Below the pieces are notes generated by a model. The model was not told where the DNA came from and ran no database searches. It was given only the letters and a program-made list of their open reading frames with translations. Position numbers and translations under genes: made by a program. From positions 29,282-93,281 of the forward strand of contig JANOAV010000041.1 of the NCBI GenBank assembly GCA_031411295.1: DNA of 64,000 nucleotides. The letters run 5' to 3'. This DNA is from Verrucomicrobiales bacterium. Lineage in GTDB: Bacteria; Verrucomicrobiota; Verrucomicrobiia; Verrucomicrobiales; V1-33. Positions within the stretch are counted from its first letter, which is position 1, and the number at the start of each line of letters is the position of its first letter. Shown piece by piece: positions 50,277 to 61,080 of the stretch.

Positions 50277-51563
50277 TTAAGCTTTCCGGGCATCCCGGTG
50301 CGCGGTGGCCTTGAGGCGCAGCGCGTTGAGGGCGATGAAGCCCGTGGCGTCGTTCTGATTGTAGCTGCCGCCACCTTCCATGGTGGCGATGCTTTCGTCA
50401 TAGAGGCTGAGCGGACTGCGACGTCCGGCGGCCATGATGTTGCCTTTGTAGAGTTTCAGGCGCACTTCGCCACTGACACTCTTCTGAGATTCTGTGACGA
50501 GGGCTTGGAGGGCTTCGCGCTCAGGGCTAAACCAGAATCCGTTATAGACTAACTCGGCGTATTTCGGAATCAGGCTGTCGCGCAGGCGCATGACTTCGCG
50601 ATCCATGGTGATGCTCTCAATCTGGCGATGCGCCTTATAGAGGATGCTGCCGCCGGGCGTTTCATAGATGCCGCGGCTCTTCATGCCGACGAAGCGATTC
50701 TCCACCATGTCCACGCGCCCGCAGCCATGCTGGCCGCCCAGGGCGTTGAGAACTTTCATGATGCCGTAGGGATTGAGCAGCTTGTAGCCGTCTTTGCTGC
50801 CGCTGGATTTCAGGCCGAATTGTTTCACTAACGCGTCCACGCCATCGGCCATGACGCCGATGCAGTTCCCTTTTTCAAACAAACATTGCACGTAAGCTGG
50901 AGCATCAGGTGCGTCCTCGGGGGCGACGCTTAATTTATACATGTCACGGACATCGGGAGCGGTGCCGTCGAACCAGGTGTCTTCCAGCATGCCCGCTTCG
51001 AAGCTGATGTGCAGTAGATTCCGATCCATGCTGTAGGGCTTCTTGGCGCTGGCGGTCACGGGGATGTTATGCTTCGCAGCATAGGCGATCATTTCCGTGC
51101 GACCGGGAAACTGCGCGCGGAAGTCATCCATGCGCCATGGAGCGATAACCTTCAACTGCGGGGCCAACATGGCCGCACTGAGTTCGAAGCGCACTTGGTC
51201 GTTGCCCTTGCCGGTGGCTCCGTGGGCCACGGCATCCGCGCCTTCTTTAAGGGCGATTTCCACCATGCCTTTGGCGATGCAAGGCCGGGCAATGCTGGTG
51301 CCCAGGAAATACTCGCCTTCATAAATGGCACCCGCTTGGAACATCGGGAAAATGTAGTTCTCGGCAAAGTCCTCGCGCAGATCGCCAATGTAGCAGCGCT
51401 CAGCACCGGTCGTGGTGGCTTTTTCTTCGAGGCCATCCAGTTCTTCTTCCTGGCCGACATCGGCACAGTAGGCCACGATTTCACAACCATACTTCTCTTT
51501 CAGCCAGAGCAAGAGCACGGATGTATCCAAACCACCGGAATATGCGACAACAATTTTCTTCAT
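50277..51563 (-). CDS. argG: Argininosuccinate synthase
   Basis: [51 protein letters not shown]. Confidence 0.98.
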   Translation of the reverse strand: MKKIVVAYSGGLDTSVLLLWLKEKYGCEIVAYCADVGQEEELDGLEEKATTTGAERCYIGDLREDFAENYIFPMFQAGAIYEGEYFLGTSIARPCIAKGMVEIALKEGADAVAHGATGKGNDQVRFELSAAMLAPQLKVIAPWRMDDFRAQFPGRTEMIAYAAKHNIPVTASAKKPYSMDRNLLHISFEAGMLEDTWFDGTAPDVRDMYKLSVAPEDAPDAPAYVQCLFEKGNCIGVMADGVDALVKQFGLKSSGSKDGYKLLNPYGIMKVLNALGGQHGCGRVDMVENRFVGMKSRGIYETPGGSILYKAHRQIESITMDREVMRLRDSLIPKYAELVYNGFWFSPEREALQALVTESQKSVSGEVRLKLYKGNIMAAGRRSPLSLYDESIATMEGGGSYNQNDATGFIALNALRLKATAHRDARKA

Positions 51564-51816
51564 AGACGGCCAAGAGAACACACCCCGGAGAACTTTCAAG
51601 ATTCAAGATTCATCCTTTTACCCTCGGCGGATGCCGGATGAGCCCATCTCAAGATTTCCACAGAGACTCCAGCAATCGGGCTGGCTACATTTTCCAGAAG
51701 TGATATTTTTAGAAAATTGACGCGATCACGATGAAAGAATTGGAAAATGACCACGTAGTAAGGTAAGTTTCCACAAACATTCCACCTAGATTAACAAAAT
51801 ACTAAAAACTCCCCCC

Positions 51817-52551
51817 ATGAAATTCTTCCTGCTCCCCGTAATGGCCGCCATTCTGGTCCTGTCCGCCCCTGTCGCCCAAGCGACCGGCCTCATTCTGCCG
51901 CTTTATGGTAACACCACCAGTCAGTTCACGGCGGCTATTAACGCCGCCAAGACCGTCCCGGTCATCGCTATTATCAATCCGGATGATGGTGCTGGCTCCA
52001 AAAAGGACAGTTTTATTGCCGGCAAAGTCAGCCAACTGAAATCTGCTGGAGCCAAAGTGGGCGGCTATATTGCCACTGGCTACGGAAGTGTCTCTCTGAG
52101 TTCCGTGAAGGCGCAGATGGACAAATACACCAGTTGGTATGGCGTAGCGGGATTCTTCCTCGATGAAATGTCGGACTCCACGGGGAAACTCGCTTACTAT
52201 CAAAGCATCAAGTCCTACGCTGCGGGCAAGAAACAATCCATCATCGGCAACCCTGGCACCAGCGCTCCCTCAGGTTACGGCAACGTGACGGACGTGCTGA
52301 TCACCTACGAGGATCCCTATTCCCGGGGCTTCATGACCTACAATCAACCAGCCTGGACCCGCAATCTACCACTCGGACGCACCGGAGCCATCGTTTACAG
52401 CTCAGCGGCAGGCAACCTCACCAAAGTCATCGACCGTGCCCTCGCCCAGCGTTACGGTTGGGTTTACGTCACTGACAAAAGCGAGCCCGACCCCTTCGGT
52501 TCCATGGCCTCCTACCTCACCGCCGAAGTGAGTTACCTTAAGGGCAAATAA
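51817..52551 (+). CDS. Secreted spherulation-specific family 4 (Spherulin-4 / GH135-like) protein
   Basis: Signal peptide; LILPLY, IINPDDGAG, GYIATGYG, GFFLDE, IGNPGT, LITYE. Confidence 0.8.
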   Translation: MKFFLLPVMAAILVLSAPVAQATGLILPLYGNTTSQFTAAINAAKTVPVIAIINPDDGAGSKKDSFIAGKVSQLKSAGAKVGGYIATGYGSVSLSSVKAQMDKYTSWYGVAGFFLDEMSDSTGKLAYYQSIKSYAAGKKQSIIGNPGTSAPSGYGNVTDVLITYEDPYSRGFMTYNQPAWTRNLPLGRTGAIVYSSAAGNLTKVIDRALAQRYGWVYVTDKSEPDPFGSMASYLTAEVSYLKGK

Positions 52552-52640
52552 GCCCCCAGTCCTTCTCGGAAGCAACCGCCGCCGGCACGCTGCAAAAAGA
52601 GCGCGCCAGCGGCGGCCCCATTTAAACCCAAAAAACAGTC

Positions 52641-54809
52641 TCAAGGCCGCCAGCGATACAGCACTAGCTTCGACTTGAAATCATCTTCCAGCAAAATGGC
52701 ATAGCGGCCATCCGCTAGTTTACGAGCGGTGAGACATTCCCGAATGTCCTGCAGGCCGATCTCTCCGATCTCCGCGGATGGCTCCATCCAGCCGACGGCG
52801 GTGCCATCGGAAGTTTTGCAAACTTCCACATGCCCGGTCTTGAAGCCGGTGGCTTTCGATGCTCCGGTGTAGGGCACGAAGAGGTAATCGCCCGCAACGT
52901 CAAAGCCCATCGGCTCACAGCTTTCGTGGCCTTGGGAACCTTTGGCATACGGCAGGGTGATGCTCCAGACTAACTTGCGCTCCTTCCTCCAATGATCGTA
53001 ACGGGCGATCACTGGTCCCATGGGTTTCCAGTGTTGATTCTGGTGCTCTTTCGTAGTTCCGCCGAGATACATGACATCGCTGGCGGGATCGTAACGCAGG
53101 CGTTTCACGGTTTGAAACTCGGCTGGGTGCGGAAAGCTTTGTGGCTTATCCCAAGCCCACTCGAGGATTCCCGCTCCGTCCAATCCTGCGCAGGGAAAGC
53201 AGCGAATCCCCGCCTTTTCCGAGGCCCGCCAGACATCACCCTTCGCGTCTACCCACCAACCTTGGGCACTTGGTTCGCCTGCCGCCCGTTGTTGGTATTC
53301 GTTGGCGGTAAATTTGCCATCGCCATTCTGATCACGCCAGCACCACTCGCCTTTTGCTGGTTGGTTCGGTGGCCAGTTAGGATGCTTTTTGTCCGCCAAA
53401 TGTTTACCACTGAACAAGCCACAGGGAATGGCGCTGCCGCTCGCCTCCTGGTTCGCGAAACGATAGACTTGAAGCCGCTCCGCGTTCATATCATTGACGA
53501 ACAGAAACGGACGGCCTGCGATCCTGCGGGCCCATGCCCCTGCGCTCCAGATGTGTTGCCGTGGATCTTCGTCATACTTGGCATCCACCGTGTAGTCTTC
53601 GTAAGTCCAGTCCTGGCCGGGTGGCTTCGTGTGATTGATGGAGAAACGTTCCTCCTTCGTAAACAGTCGCGTTTCATCTGCCGGATCAAAGTCGCCCATG
53701 TCCACGAACGTCAGCCCATAGAGCTGCCAGCGTAATTTCTGATCAGGCGCATAGCATTCTAACACCGTGCTGCCACCGCCGGTGCTGCCGTGCTGAGCTG
53801 CGTAAATATTTCCCGCCGCATCCGTGCCGATAGCGGAGAGTTGGTTGAATGGTTTGACCCCAGCAATGGGAACTAACTCGCGCAGTTGATTCGTCCCTTC
53901 CCGCTTCCATTGACGAATAACATGCTCGCGCGAATTAGCTGTGAGGAAATTTCCTGCCTCATCAACGACAAAGGCCGTGTCCGAAGGCAACCCAGGTCTC
54001 GGCAGAGCCCAGACCTTGGTGAGTTCACCGACATCTTCCGCAGGATCATAGCACCAAACCCCACCGCCATCAGGCGCAACCGATTGACCTCGAAAGCAGC
54101 ACAACTGGCCATCTGGTGCCATGGCGATGGCATCGAAGGCGGGCTCGAAAGTCAGCCACGCGGTCTTCACCATCGTTTCCGCATCAATGCGCCACACGGT
54201 TTTGCCATCCAACGCAAAGACATGGTGAGCGTTGGCCGCCATGCTGCGAATGTGCCCATCCGTATGCTCGGGCACTTCCTGCACCACGAGAAACGACTGT
54301 TTCAACGTATCTCCCTTCCCACCTTTCCCACCGGGAAATGGTGCCGCCGCGCGAATGTCCGTGCGGGGCCGACGCGAAATCCCGAACCACGTCTGACCTT
54401 TCGGCGGCCAACTGTCAGGATCCTTCAGGCCGCCGCCTTCATTCTCCATCTGACAGCCGATGAACAAATATTTCTCGTTAGCCGCCACCGCCCGTCCCCC
54501 TTGATTTCCCCAACCGTGCGTATGACCGGCATTCCCCAGCACCTTGCCCTCCTTAACGGCCGTGACATTGCCGCCGCCCTCATCCCACGGCACATTGGTA
54601 AAGATCGTGCCATCCGGCAGCACGGTCATGCCAGCGATATCCTGCGGCACCCAATGCGGCACTCCCGGCAGCGTGTTCCCCACCCAGGAAACTTCAGCGT
54701 CCAGACGCGGAGCAGCCTGCAACGGGGCACACAGCGCCAGCGCAACAACGGACCAGAGGTTGATCTTGCGAAACGAAGGACGTGAACGGTGGCGGGCAGT
54801 GAAGGACAT
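52641..54809 (-). CDS. Secreted hypothetical protein, probable beta-propeller (NHL/SMP-30-like)
   Basis: Signal peptide; SWVGNT; AIGTDAAGNIY; WRDQNGDGKF. Confidence 0.7.
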   Translation of the reverse strand: MSFTARHRSRPSFRKINLWSVVALALCAPLQAAPRLDAEVSWVGNTLPGVPHWVPQDIAGMTVLPDGTIFTNVPWDEGGGNVTAVKEGKVLGNAGHTHGWGNQGGRAVAANEKYLFIGCQMENEGGGLKDPDSWPPKGQTWFGISRRPRTDIRAAAPFPGGKGGKGDTLKQSFLVVQEVPEHTDGHIRSMAANAHHVFALDGKTVWRIDAETMVKTAWLTFEPAFDAIAMAPDGQLCCFRGQSVAPDGGGVWCYDPAEDVGELTKVWALPRPGLPSDTAFVVDEAGNFLTANSREHVIRQWKREGTNQLRELVPIAGVKPFNQLSAIGTDAAGNIYAAQHGSTGGGSTVLECYAPDQKLRWQLYGLTFVDMGDFDPADETRLFTKEERFSINHTKPPGQDWTYEDYTVDAKYDEDPRQHIWSAGAWARRIAGRPFLFVNDMNAERLQVYRFANQEASGSAIPCGLFSGKHLADKKHPNWPPNQPAKGEWCWRDQNGDGKFTANEYQQRAAGEPSAQGWWVDAKGDVWRASEKAGIRCFPCAGLDGAGILEWAWDKPQSFPHPAEFQTVKRLRYDPASDVMYLGGTTKEHQNQHWKPMGPVIARYDHWRKERKLVWSITLPYAKGSQGHESCEPMGFDVAGDYLFVPYTGASKATGFKTGHVEVCKTSDGTAVGWMEPSAEIGEIGLQDIRECLTARKLADGRYAILLEDDFKSKLVLYRWRP

Positions 54810-54871
54810 GATTCACCAGTGTGGATGCCGTGCCGCAGCCGCAAGATATTTGACGCGGGCTCCGCGAAATT

Positions 54872-56071
54872 TCATGACTCCCGCAAGCCAATCGCAATTG
54901 GGATCCGAGCCGCGCGAATGGCGGGGAACAATCCGCCGATCAGACCGATCACCGAGGCAAATCCGATGGCTTTCAGCAGGAGCATCGGCGTTACCGTAAA
55001 CGCAAAGGTGACCTGACTAAATGTTTGCCAGTTCATGGTCGAGGCGCGGAAGCCATCAAACAGGAAATACGCCGCACCCGCACCCACCAAGCCGCCAATG
55101 AACGCCAGGAACACGGATTCCACTAACACGGAAATGACCACCGGGTCCGCCCCAAAGCCCAGGGCCCGCAGCGTGGAAATTTCCCGCGTGCGACCCGCCA
55201 CTGCACTATACATCGTGTTCAGGGCCCCAAACAACGCGCCCAGTGCCATCATAACCGCGATAAAGACCCCGATGGTGGTGATGAATTCAGTCACGGCGGT
55301 TGATTGCTCGGCATAGAAATCCGACTGCTTCTGCACCTTGACACTGAGTTGCGGATTCGTGGTTAGGGAATCCTTGAAGGCTTGGAACGCATCCTCGGAA
55401 GTAAGTCGCGCATACAGCGCCTGATACCCATCCGTGCGGTTATACGCCGGCTGCAGCACGGCGGCATCCGTCCAGATCTCGGACTCGGCTATGCCACCGT
55501 TGCTCGTGAAAACACCGACGACATCCCACGTGTTTTGCCCCACCTTGATCTGTTTCCCCACATCCAATCCGGCAAAGGCCCGTGCAGCACCAGCGCCCAC
55601 GATCACTTCATTGCGACCTGGCGCAAATTGCCGTCCTTCAACCATGACCGTATTCCCCCGGACCTCGAATGCGCCCCCTTCCACGCCCCGCAGCGGCACA
55701 TTGGCATCCGTGCCCGTGCTGCGTTTCGGTAAATTGATGATCACAAACAACTCCGCCGAAGTGAGCGCTCCCGTGGCATTGCGCGCGATGCCCGGAGCAT
55801 CGCTGATGGTGCGCACATCTGCCCGGCTCAGACCACTGGTCATTTCACTATCCGCCCCGCTGCGCAGCACCACCGCCACCTCGGGCGAACCAGAAACGGT
55901 CATGGCCTTGCGGAATCCTTCTGCAATCGCCAACACTCCCACCAACACTCCCACCACCCCGGCAATGCCAATGGCTGCCGTCAAGGCCGCGGCCCGCCGC
56001 TCTGGTAGTGAGCGAAGGTTAAACAGCGTGACAGAGAAAATTTGCGAGAGCCAATTAAGGAAGCGGGTCAT
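54872..56071 (-). CDS. ABC transporter permease (MacB/FtsX type), second permease
   Basis: ALNTMYSAVAGRTREISTLRALGF; GGLFPAIRAAR. Confidence 0.9.
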   Translation of the reverse strand: MTRFLNWLSQIFSVTLFNLRSLPERRAAALTAAIGIAGVVGVLVGVLAIAEGFRKAMTVSGSPEVAVVLRSGADSEMTSGLSRADVRTISDAPGIARNATGALTSAELFVIINLPKRSTGTDANVPLRGVEGGAFEVRGNTVMVEGRQFAPGRNEVIVGAGAARAFAGLDVGKQIKVGQNTWDVVGVFTSNGGIAESEIWTDAAVLQPAYNRTDGYQALYARLTSEDAFQAFKDSLTTNPQLSVKVQKQSDFYAEQSTAVTEFITTIGVFIAVMMALGALFGALNTMYSAVAGRTREISTLRALGFGADPVVISVLVESVFLAFIGGLVGAGAAYFLFDGFRASTMNWQTFSQVTFAFTVTPMLLLKAIGFASVIGLIGGLFPAIRAARIPIAIGLRES

Positions 56072-56163
56072 GAGCGTAGCGAGTCGGAGCTTGCCGCAGA
56101 CTTACTCCAAAGGTTTCCGGTAGTCCACCCACACTTTCCAAAACAGTCCGTCACAAAAATCAC

Positions 56164-56202
56164 TTGCCACTGTGCATATTCAATATACACTGTGTGCACA
56201 GT
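56164..56202 (+). promoter_or_regulatory. Promoter with palindromic YtrA/GntR-type operator
   Basis: TTGCCA-16-TACACT overlapped by the inverted repeat ACTGTGCATA...TGTGCACAGT (56169-56202). Confidence 0.65.
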
Positions 56203-56223
56203 TCGAAAATTAGCGATTTTCTC

Positions 56224-56640
56224 ATGTCCGATCCTTCACCCAAAATCTATCTACCACCCATCTCGGCGGCCGCGCCTGGGGCGCTGTATGATCAGATTAT
56301 CTCTGGGGTGAAACGGGAGATCAGCGAGGGCCGTTTGCTGCCTGGCAGCCCGCTGCCTTCCTTCCGGCAGTTGGCGGCGGATCTCATGGTCAGTTTAATC
56401 ACCGTGAAACGCGCCTACGAGGAACTCGAGCAGGAGGGCATCATTTATCGCAGGCAGGGGTTGGGCACCTTCGTGGCAGAGCAGGGGGCGGATCGGAGTC
56501 GCGATTCCAAGTTGGCCCACGCCCGGGAGTTGATTCACCAAGCTGCCACCGAGGCTCGCGAAGCAGGGATCGCCTCCGCCGATCTGCCGCGCTTTTTCCT
56601 AACTACCCTCGGAGCGCCAACTCCTAAAAACTCCAAATGA
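56224..56640 (+). CDS. GntR (YtrA subfamily) transcriptional regulator
   Basis: LYDQII..GRLLPGSPLPSFRQLAADLMVSLITVKRAYEELE.EG....QGLGTFV; short C-terminus. Confidence 0.92.
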   Translation: MSDPSPKIYLPPISAAAPGALYDQIISGVKREISEGRLLPGSPLPSFRQLAADLMVSLITVKRAYEELEQEGIIYRRQGLGTFVAEQGADRSRDSKLAHARELIHQAATEAREAGIASADLPRFFLTTLGAPTPKNSK

Positions 56641-56647
56641 ATCGCTT

Positions 56648-57541
56648 ATGAATACCCCAGCCATCCAGCTCCAAGGCGTTACGAAATCCTTTCCTGGATT
56701 CTCGTTAGGACCAGTGAATCTCACCGTGCCGCGGGGTGCCATCTACGGGTTGATCGGTCCCAATGGGTCCGGTAAATCCACCACGCTGGATCTCCTGTTC
56801 GGCATGGGCTTGCCGGATGGTGGCAGCATGTCCGTGGCGGGCTATGATGCGCTCCGGCAAGAACGGGAAATGAAGCTGCGAGCCACTTATGTCAGCCCGG
56901 ACACGCAGTTCACGGTCTGGGGCACGGTTGGGAAGGCGATTGCCTTTGTGCAGGGGTTTTATCCGCATTGGGACACCGGGATGTGTGAACGTCTGCTGGA
57001 TCTGTTTCGCCTCGGGAGGTCAGAGAAGATCGCGCTCTTATCATTCGGTGCCCGCACGAAACTAAGTTTACTGTTGGCGCTGTGCCCGCAGCCGGAAGTC
57101 ATTGTGCTGGATGAACCCACCACCGGCTTGGACCCGGAAGCGCGCAAATTTCTCTTTGAAGAATTGCTGCGGTTTGTGGCCGATGAAAATCGGACAGTGT
57201 TGATCTCCTCTCACCAATTATCAGACTTGGAACGCTTTGCGGATCATATCGGAATCCTCTCGCAGGGCACCTTGATCTGCGAAGGCCAAACCGCAGAATT
57301 CGTGCAGCGTTACCAATTGGTGGAGTATTCGCTGGAGGATCATTTCGCAATCCCTAACATGCCAGGATTCATGGGAAGGAAATCCCACAGCAGCCTGCAA
57401 CAAGCCGTGGTGGATCTCGCCATGCATCCGGTCAGCACCCTGCAGGCGCGCGGGCTCACGATTCATTCCCAAACCGAACTGCCACTGGAGGATATCTTCA
57501 TCGCCTTGACCTCAACCAGGAAGGAAACGTCGTCATGCTAA
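56648..57541 (+). CDS. ABC-2 ATP-binding protein (YtrB-like)
   Basis: GPNGSGKST, LSFG, VLDEPTTGLDP, SSH. Confidence 0.9.
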   Translation: MNTPAIQLQGVTKSFPGFSLGPVNLTVPRGAIYGLIGPNGSGKSTTLDLLFGMGLPDGGSMSVAGYDALRQEREMKLRATYVSPDTQFTVWGTVGKAIAFVQGFYPHWDTGMCERLLDLFRLGRSEKIALLSFGARTKLSLLLALCPQPEVIVLDEPTTGLDPEARKFLFEELLRFVADENRTVLISSHQLSDLERFADHIGILSQGTLICEGQTAEFVQRYQLVEYSLEDHFAIPNMPGFMGRKSHSSLQQAVVDLAMHPVSTLQARGLTIHSQTELPLEDIFIALTSTRKETSSC

Positions 57542-58812
57542 TGTTTGCAAATTTCCTACAGCGCTGGTGGTGGCTCCTGCTGCTGCAGTTCGTCGTCACT
57601 CTCGCCTTCTGGTTAGCGGGAGGTTGGGTGATTCATTTGGAAATGCTGCCCGCCATTACTCTATCATTCGATTTGATGCGGGGCTTATCTCGCAGCGCCC
57701 TGTCATTGCCAGTTGCCCGCAAGACTTTGGCCCGGGTGATCTGGACGTGCTCGGTGGTGGTGCCGGGAGTAATTAGTTTGGCCGCCATGGGGCTCAGTCT
57801 GCTGCTTTCCAATAAAATCGCATGGAGCGTAGCCATTTGGCATGGTTGCATTGCGATCGTCTTCCCGGGTTTGATCACTTTTATCCTAACCGGTCTTCCA
57901 GGGAGGCCCTCGGATGGAGTGCTCGGGAAAGTGCGGGATGCCATTTTCGGAGCGCTCTGGGGGTTGAGCATTTCCGGCTCCAGCTTCCTTTCCATCTTTC
58001 TCCAGCAGGGCCAGTTCCCTCTCAGTAACCTGATCAAAGGCGTCATCGGCCTGGCCGCAGGCTTGACCATGGTGTCGTATTTCACAGTGGAAAAGATGGT
58101 CCTGCAGCGGGTTAGTCGGATCCACGTCAAGCCAGCGATGCCACCCTCCACCAGTCCCGCAGTTGTCGAATCAAGCCGGGGTTGGCCTGTGTGGTGGAAG
58201 ATAGAATTGCGCTGGCACGCCCTGCTGGGATCCATGGTCGTCTTCGGCATGGCGTTGGGCAGCGTGCTGCCTTTTGGCGCGGCCCAGGGGAACCACGGTG
58301 GCATCTACCCGCAGATAGGAATGTTTTCGTTTATGACGCTCATGCCGATCTTTGCGCTTGGGATTGGTTCGCTGCGCAGCTTGCGCATGATGCCGATTTC
58401 TACATCCACTCTGGCCACGCTCTTTGTGCTTCGTCCGTTCATGCAAAGCCTGTTCATCAGTATTGTTCTGTTGGTGAGCCTCTACATCTGGAACATGGAG
58501 GACATCCCACCGAGCCTCGTCTTCCTCGTGATTGCGCTTGGCAGCATGGCTGCATTGGCCCAGGCCATCATCCTCCGCAACCCCAAGCCCTGGCTGGCGA
58601 TTGCCTGTCTGGCGTTTGGCGCTTCATTCGTGATGACCTTCAGTCTGCTGTTGCGTCAGCCGTCAGGATTCAGCTGGCTGTTCCTGCCTGCGGCCGCTGT
58701 GATTTACCTGCTGGCATGGCTCCTCACCCGCCGCTGGATCCGCCGCAGCAGTAAACTTTACCGCCCTCAGAGCTGGTTCCTCCGCATGATCGGCGGAGCC
58801 GCAAGATCGTAA
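57535..58812 (+). CDS. Polytopic membrane protein, probable ABC-2 permease
   Basis: About 12 hydrophobic segments in two halves; overlaps the ATPase gene. Confidence 0.72.
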   Translation: MLMFANFLQRWWWLLLLQFVVTLAFWLAGGWVIHLEMLPAITLSFDLMRGLSRSALSLPVARKTLARVIWTCSVVVPGVISLAAMGLSLLLSNKIAWSVAIWHGCIAIVFPGLITFILTGLPGRPSDGVLGKVRDAIFGALWGLSISGSSFLSIFLQQGQFPLSNLIKGVIGLAAGLTMVSYFTVEKMVLQRVSRIHVKPAMPPSTSPAVVESSRGWPVWWKIELRWHALLGSMVVFGMALGSVLPFGAAQGNHGGIYPQIGMFSFMTLMPIFALGIGSLRSLRMMPISTSTLATLFVLRPFMQSLFISIVLLVSLYIWNMEDIPPSLVFLVIALGSMAALAQAIILRNPKPWLAIACLAFGASFVMTFSLLLRQPSGFSWLFLPAAAVIYLLAWLLTRRWIRRSSKLYRPQSWFLRMIGGAARS

Positions 58813-58857
58813 ACCAATCGCCCGTAGTAACAACCACACCATAACCCGTTCATTCCT

Positions 58858-60189
58858 ATGCAACTCCATCAAAAGCACCTGATCCTCGTCGGCACTCTCT
58901 GGCTAGGCTCGCTCGCAGCCACCTACTATTTCGGCAAAACCAAGGGAGAAACCGCCGCAGCCGACAATCGAACCGCCGGTTCCACTGCGGAATCCAGCAG
59001 CAGCAAAGGCCCCGGCGGCAAGGCTGGTGCCAACGCTGCGTCCGCAAAAACAAATGCAGTAGGCGACACCGTCCCACTCAAAACCATCCTCGCGCAAATG
59101 AAGACCATGATGCGGGGTGGCGGGTCCATGCAGAATCCCAACACCATGATGAAGCTCATGGGATTGTTGGATAAAATCAGTCCCGATGATTTCCCCGCTG
59201 CTCTGGCTGAGGCCGAGGGCATGACCGATCCTCAGAGCAAGATGCTCCTGCAAATGGCCGTGTTAGGAAAGTGGGCCGCCACTGATGGGCCCGCGGCCAT
59301 GAAGTATGCCGAGGAGCACTCCAAGAACATGGGGATGATGGCCCAGATGGCGAAGATGAGCGTGGCCTCCGCTTGGGCGGAGAACGATCCTGAGGCCGTC
59401 TGGAAATGGTATCAGAGCACCAAGGATGCCGATAGCGCGGGCCCCATGGGCGGCGGTATGGTCTTGGTTTCCCTCTTCTCCAGTCTGGCTGCAAAAGACC
59501 CGCAACTCGCCTTCAAGCGCCTAGGCGAACTGGAAGGACCAACGAAACAAATGGCCCTAGCTGGCATGTTCCAATCCGCCCTCTTCGATCCTGATAAACG
59601 TAATGCCATCCTCGCTCAAGTGGATGCCATGTCGGACAAATCCGAACGTGATCAAGCGAAGCAATCCATGCTGGGACAATGGATGATGATGGCACCAGAG
59701 GAAGCCACGGCTTACGTCAAGAGCCAACCGGCCGCGGAACAAGCCACCTTGCGCCAAACCGCCGGCCAAATGCTCATGATGACCGATCCCAAGAAAGGAG
59801 CCGCCTTTATCATGGATGGTGCCACCGATGCTGACCGAGCCGAACGCTACTCCAGCGTTGTTAGTTCCTGGGCGCACATGGACACCAATGCCGCTGGTAA
59901 TTGGCTCAACGAGCAACCCAAAGGCCCCGAATTAGACAAGGCCAAACAAAGCTTCGTCTTTGCCGCCGCGACCAAAGACCCCGAAAGCGCCATGACCTGG
60001 GCTGCCACCATTACGGACGAAACCACCAAGACCACCGCCATCACCCATGCCTATTCCGCTTGGAAAAAAACCGATGCCGCCGCCGCCGAAAAAGCCCTCC
60101 AAGCCTCCGGCCTAACCCCGGAGAAAATTCAAGCCCTGCAAAACCAAGGTGCGACTCCAGCTGCGCCCGTCGTGAAGGAGGCTAACTGA
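58858..60189 (+). CDS. Membrane-anchored Met-rich helical-repeat hypothetical protein
   Basis: WAATDGPAAMKY, WAENDPEAVWKW, WAHMDTNAAGNW; resembles 13840-15252. Confidence 0.8.
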   Translation: MQLHQKHLILVGTLWLGSLAATYYFGKTKGETAAADNRTAGSTAESSSSKGPGGKAGANAASAKTNAVGDTVPLKTILAQMKTMMRGGGSMQNPNTMMKLMGLLDKISPDDFPAALAEAEGMTDPQSKMLLQMAVLGKWAATDGPAAMKYAEEHSKNMGMMAQMAKMSVASAWAENDPEAVWKWYQSTKDADSAGPMGGGMVLVSLFSSLAAKDPQLAFKRLGELEGPTKQMALAGMFQSALFDPDKRNAILAQVDAMSDKSERDQAKQSMLGQWMMMAPEEATAYVKSQPAAEQATLRQTAGQMLMMTDPKKGAAFIMDGATDADRAERYSSVVSSWAHMDTNAAGNWLNEQPKGPELDKAKQSFVFAAATKDPESAMTWAATITDETTKTTAITHAYSAWKKTDAAAAEKALQASGLTPEKIQALQNQGATPAAPVVKEAN

Positions 60190-60220
60190 TCTGGGTTACG
60201 ATCCGGAGGGTCAAAAGAAA

Positions 60221-60296
60221 GTAGCCGGGGATGCCGGGAGGCACGACCGAAATCCCCGGATCGCATTTAAATAGAAAAGCGTCCCGGCAGGGACGC
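60221..60296 (+). repeat. REP-like palindromes
   Basis: GTAG followed by CCGGGGAT...ATCCCCGG (60225-60259); GCGTCCC-ggca-GGGACGC (60279-60296). Confidence 0.55.
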
Positions 60297-60500
60297 GAGC
60301 ATCGGCCCAAATCTAGTGAGACTTAGCCATGAGCTATCTCCCCCCCCAGCCGGGGTTGACGGAAAATTATAGCGAGAGCTAGCAGCAGCATTGACCCACA
60401 CGGGATTTTGCCGCAGACTTGACCCATGCAATCAATAATCCTCGGAAGAACTGGCCGCTCTAAAGTCATTCGACTAAACTCGCGCCCACTATCTCAGCTA

Positions 60501-61061
60501 ATGAATATAGCGGCGTTGACTCTGCTGCTCCTAACGATCACAACACCAGCAGAGACGGAAGAACCAAAAGAGGATCCAAAAGAGGAGCCGAAGCCGCCTT
60601 CCATTGCGTTGTTTGCGGAAACCAAGGGTGCGGGTAAAGGCTTGCTGGTGGAGATTGTGGCACCCGCATTGCTGGCAGGCGAGAAGACCGTCTTTTCCTA
60701 CAGAATCACCAACCTGTTGGAAGAGGAGGTCTTCGTGGAGTTGCCGTCGGATCTTTCTGTCTCGTATAGCTACGAAGGTCCGGAAGGTCCGGGCGGATCT
60801 GCTGGGGGTGGCGGGATCTTCACCGTGTTTCCCGACAACGTCCACCTACTCAAGCGGCTTCACGCAAGCAGCTACAAAACGGGCGAACGCTTCACCTGTG
60901 GTTGCGCCGCAGTGACTTCCACGGCAACGGTTAACTTACCGGAGTCCGCGAGCGTCAAAGGCAAGGCTGAAATCCAACTTGTGCTGAAGGGGTTTTACCG
61001 TTCGAGCGGCAAACCGTTTTTTGCGATCATCACGTTGCCGTTACCGCTGCGCGATAAGTAA
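60501..61061 (+). CDS. Exported hypothetical protein
   Basis: Signal-like MNIAALTLLLLTITTPA; ORF fills the gap with plausible composition. Confidence 0.6.
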   Translation: MNIAALTLLLLTITTPAETEEPKEDPKEEPKPPSIALFAETKGAGKGLLVEIVAPALLAGEKTVFSYRITNLLEEEVFVELPSDLSVSYSYEGPEGPGGSAGGGGIFTVFPDNVHLLKRLHASSYKTGERFTCGCAAVTSTATVNLPESASVKGKAEIQLVLKGFYRSSGKPFFAIITLPLPLRDK

Positions 61062-61080
61062 TCCTGGGGGAGAAAACTCT

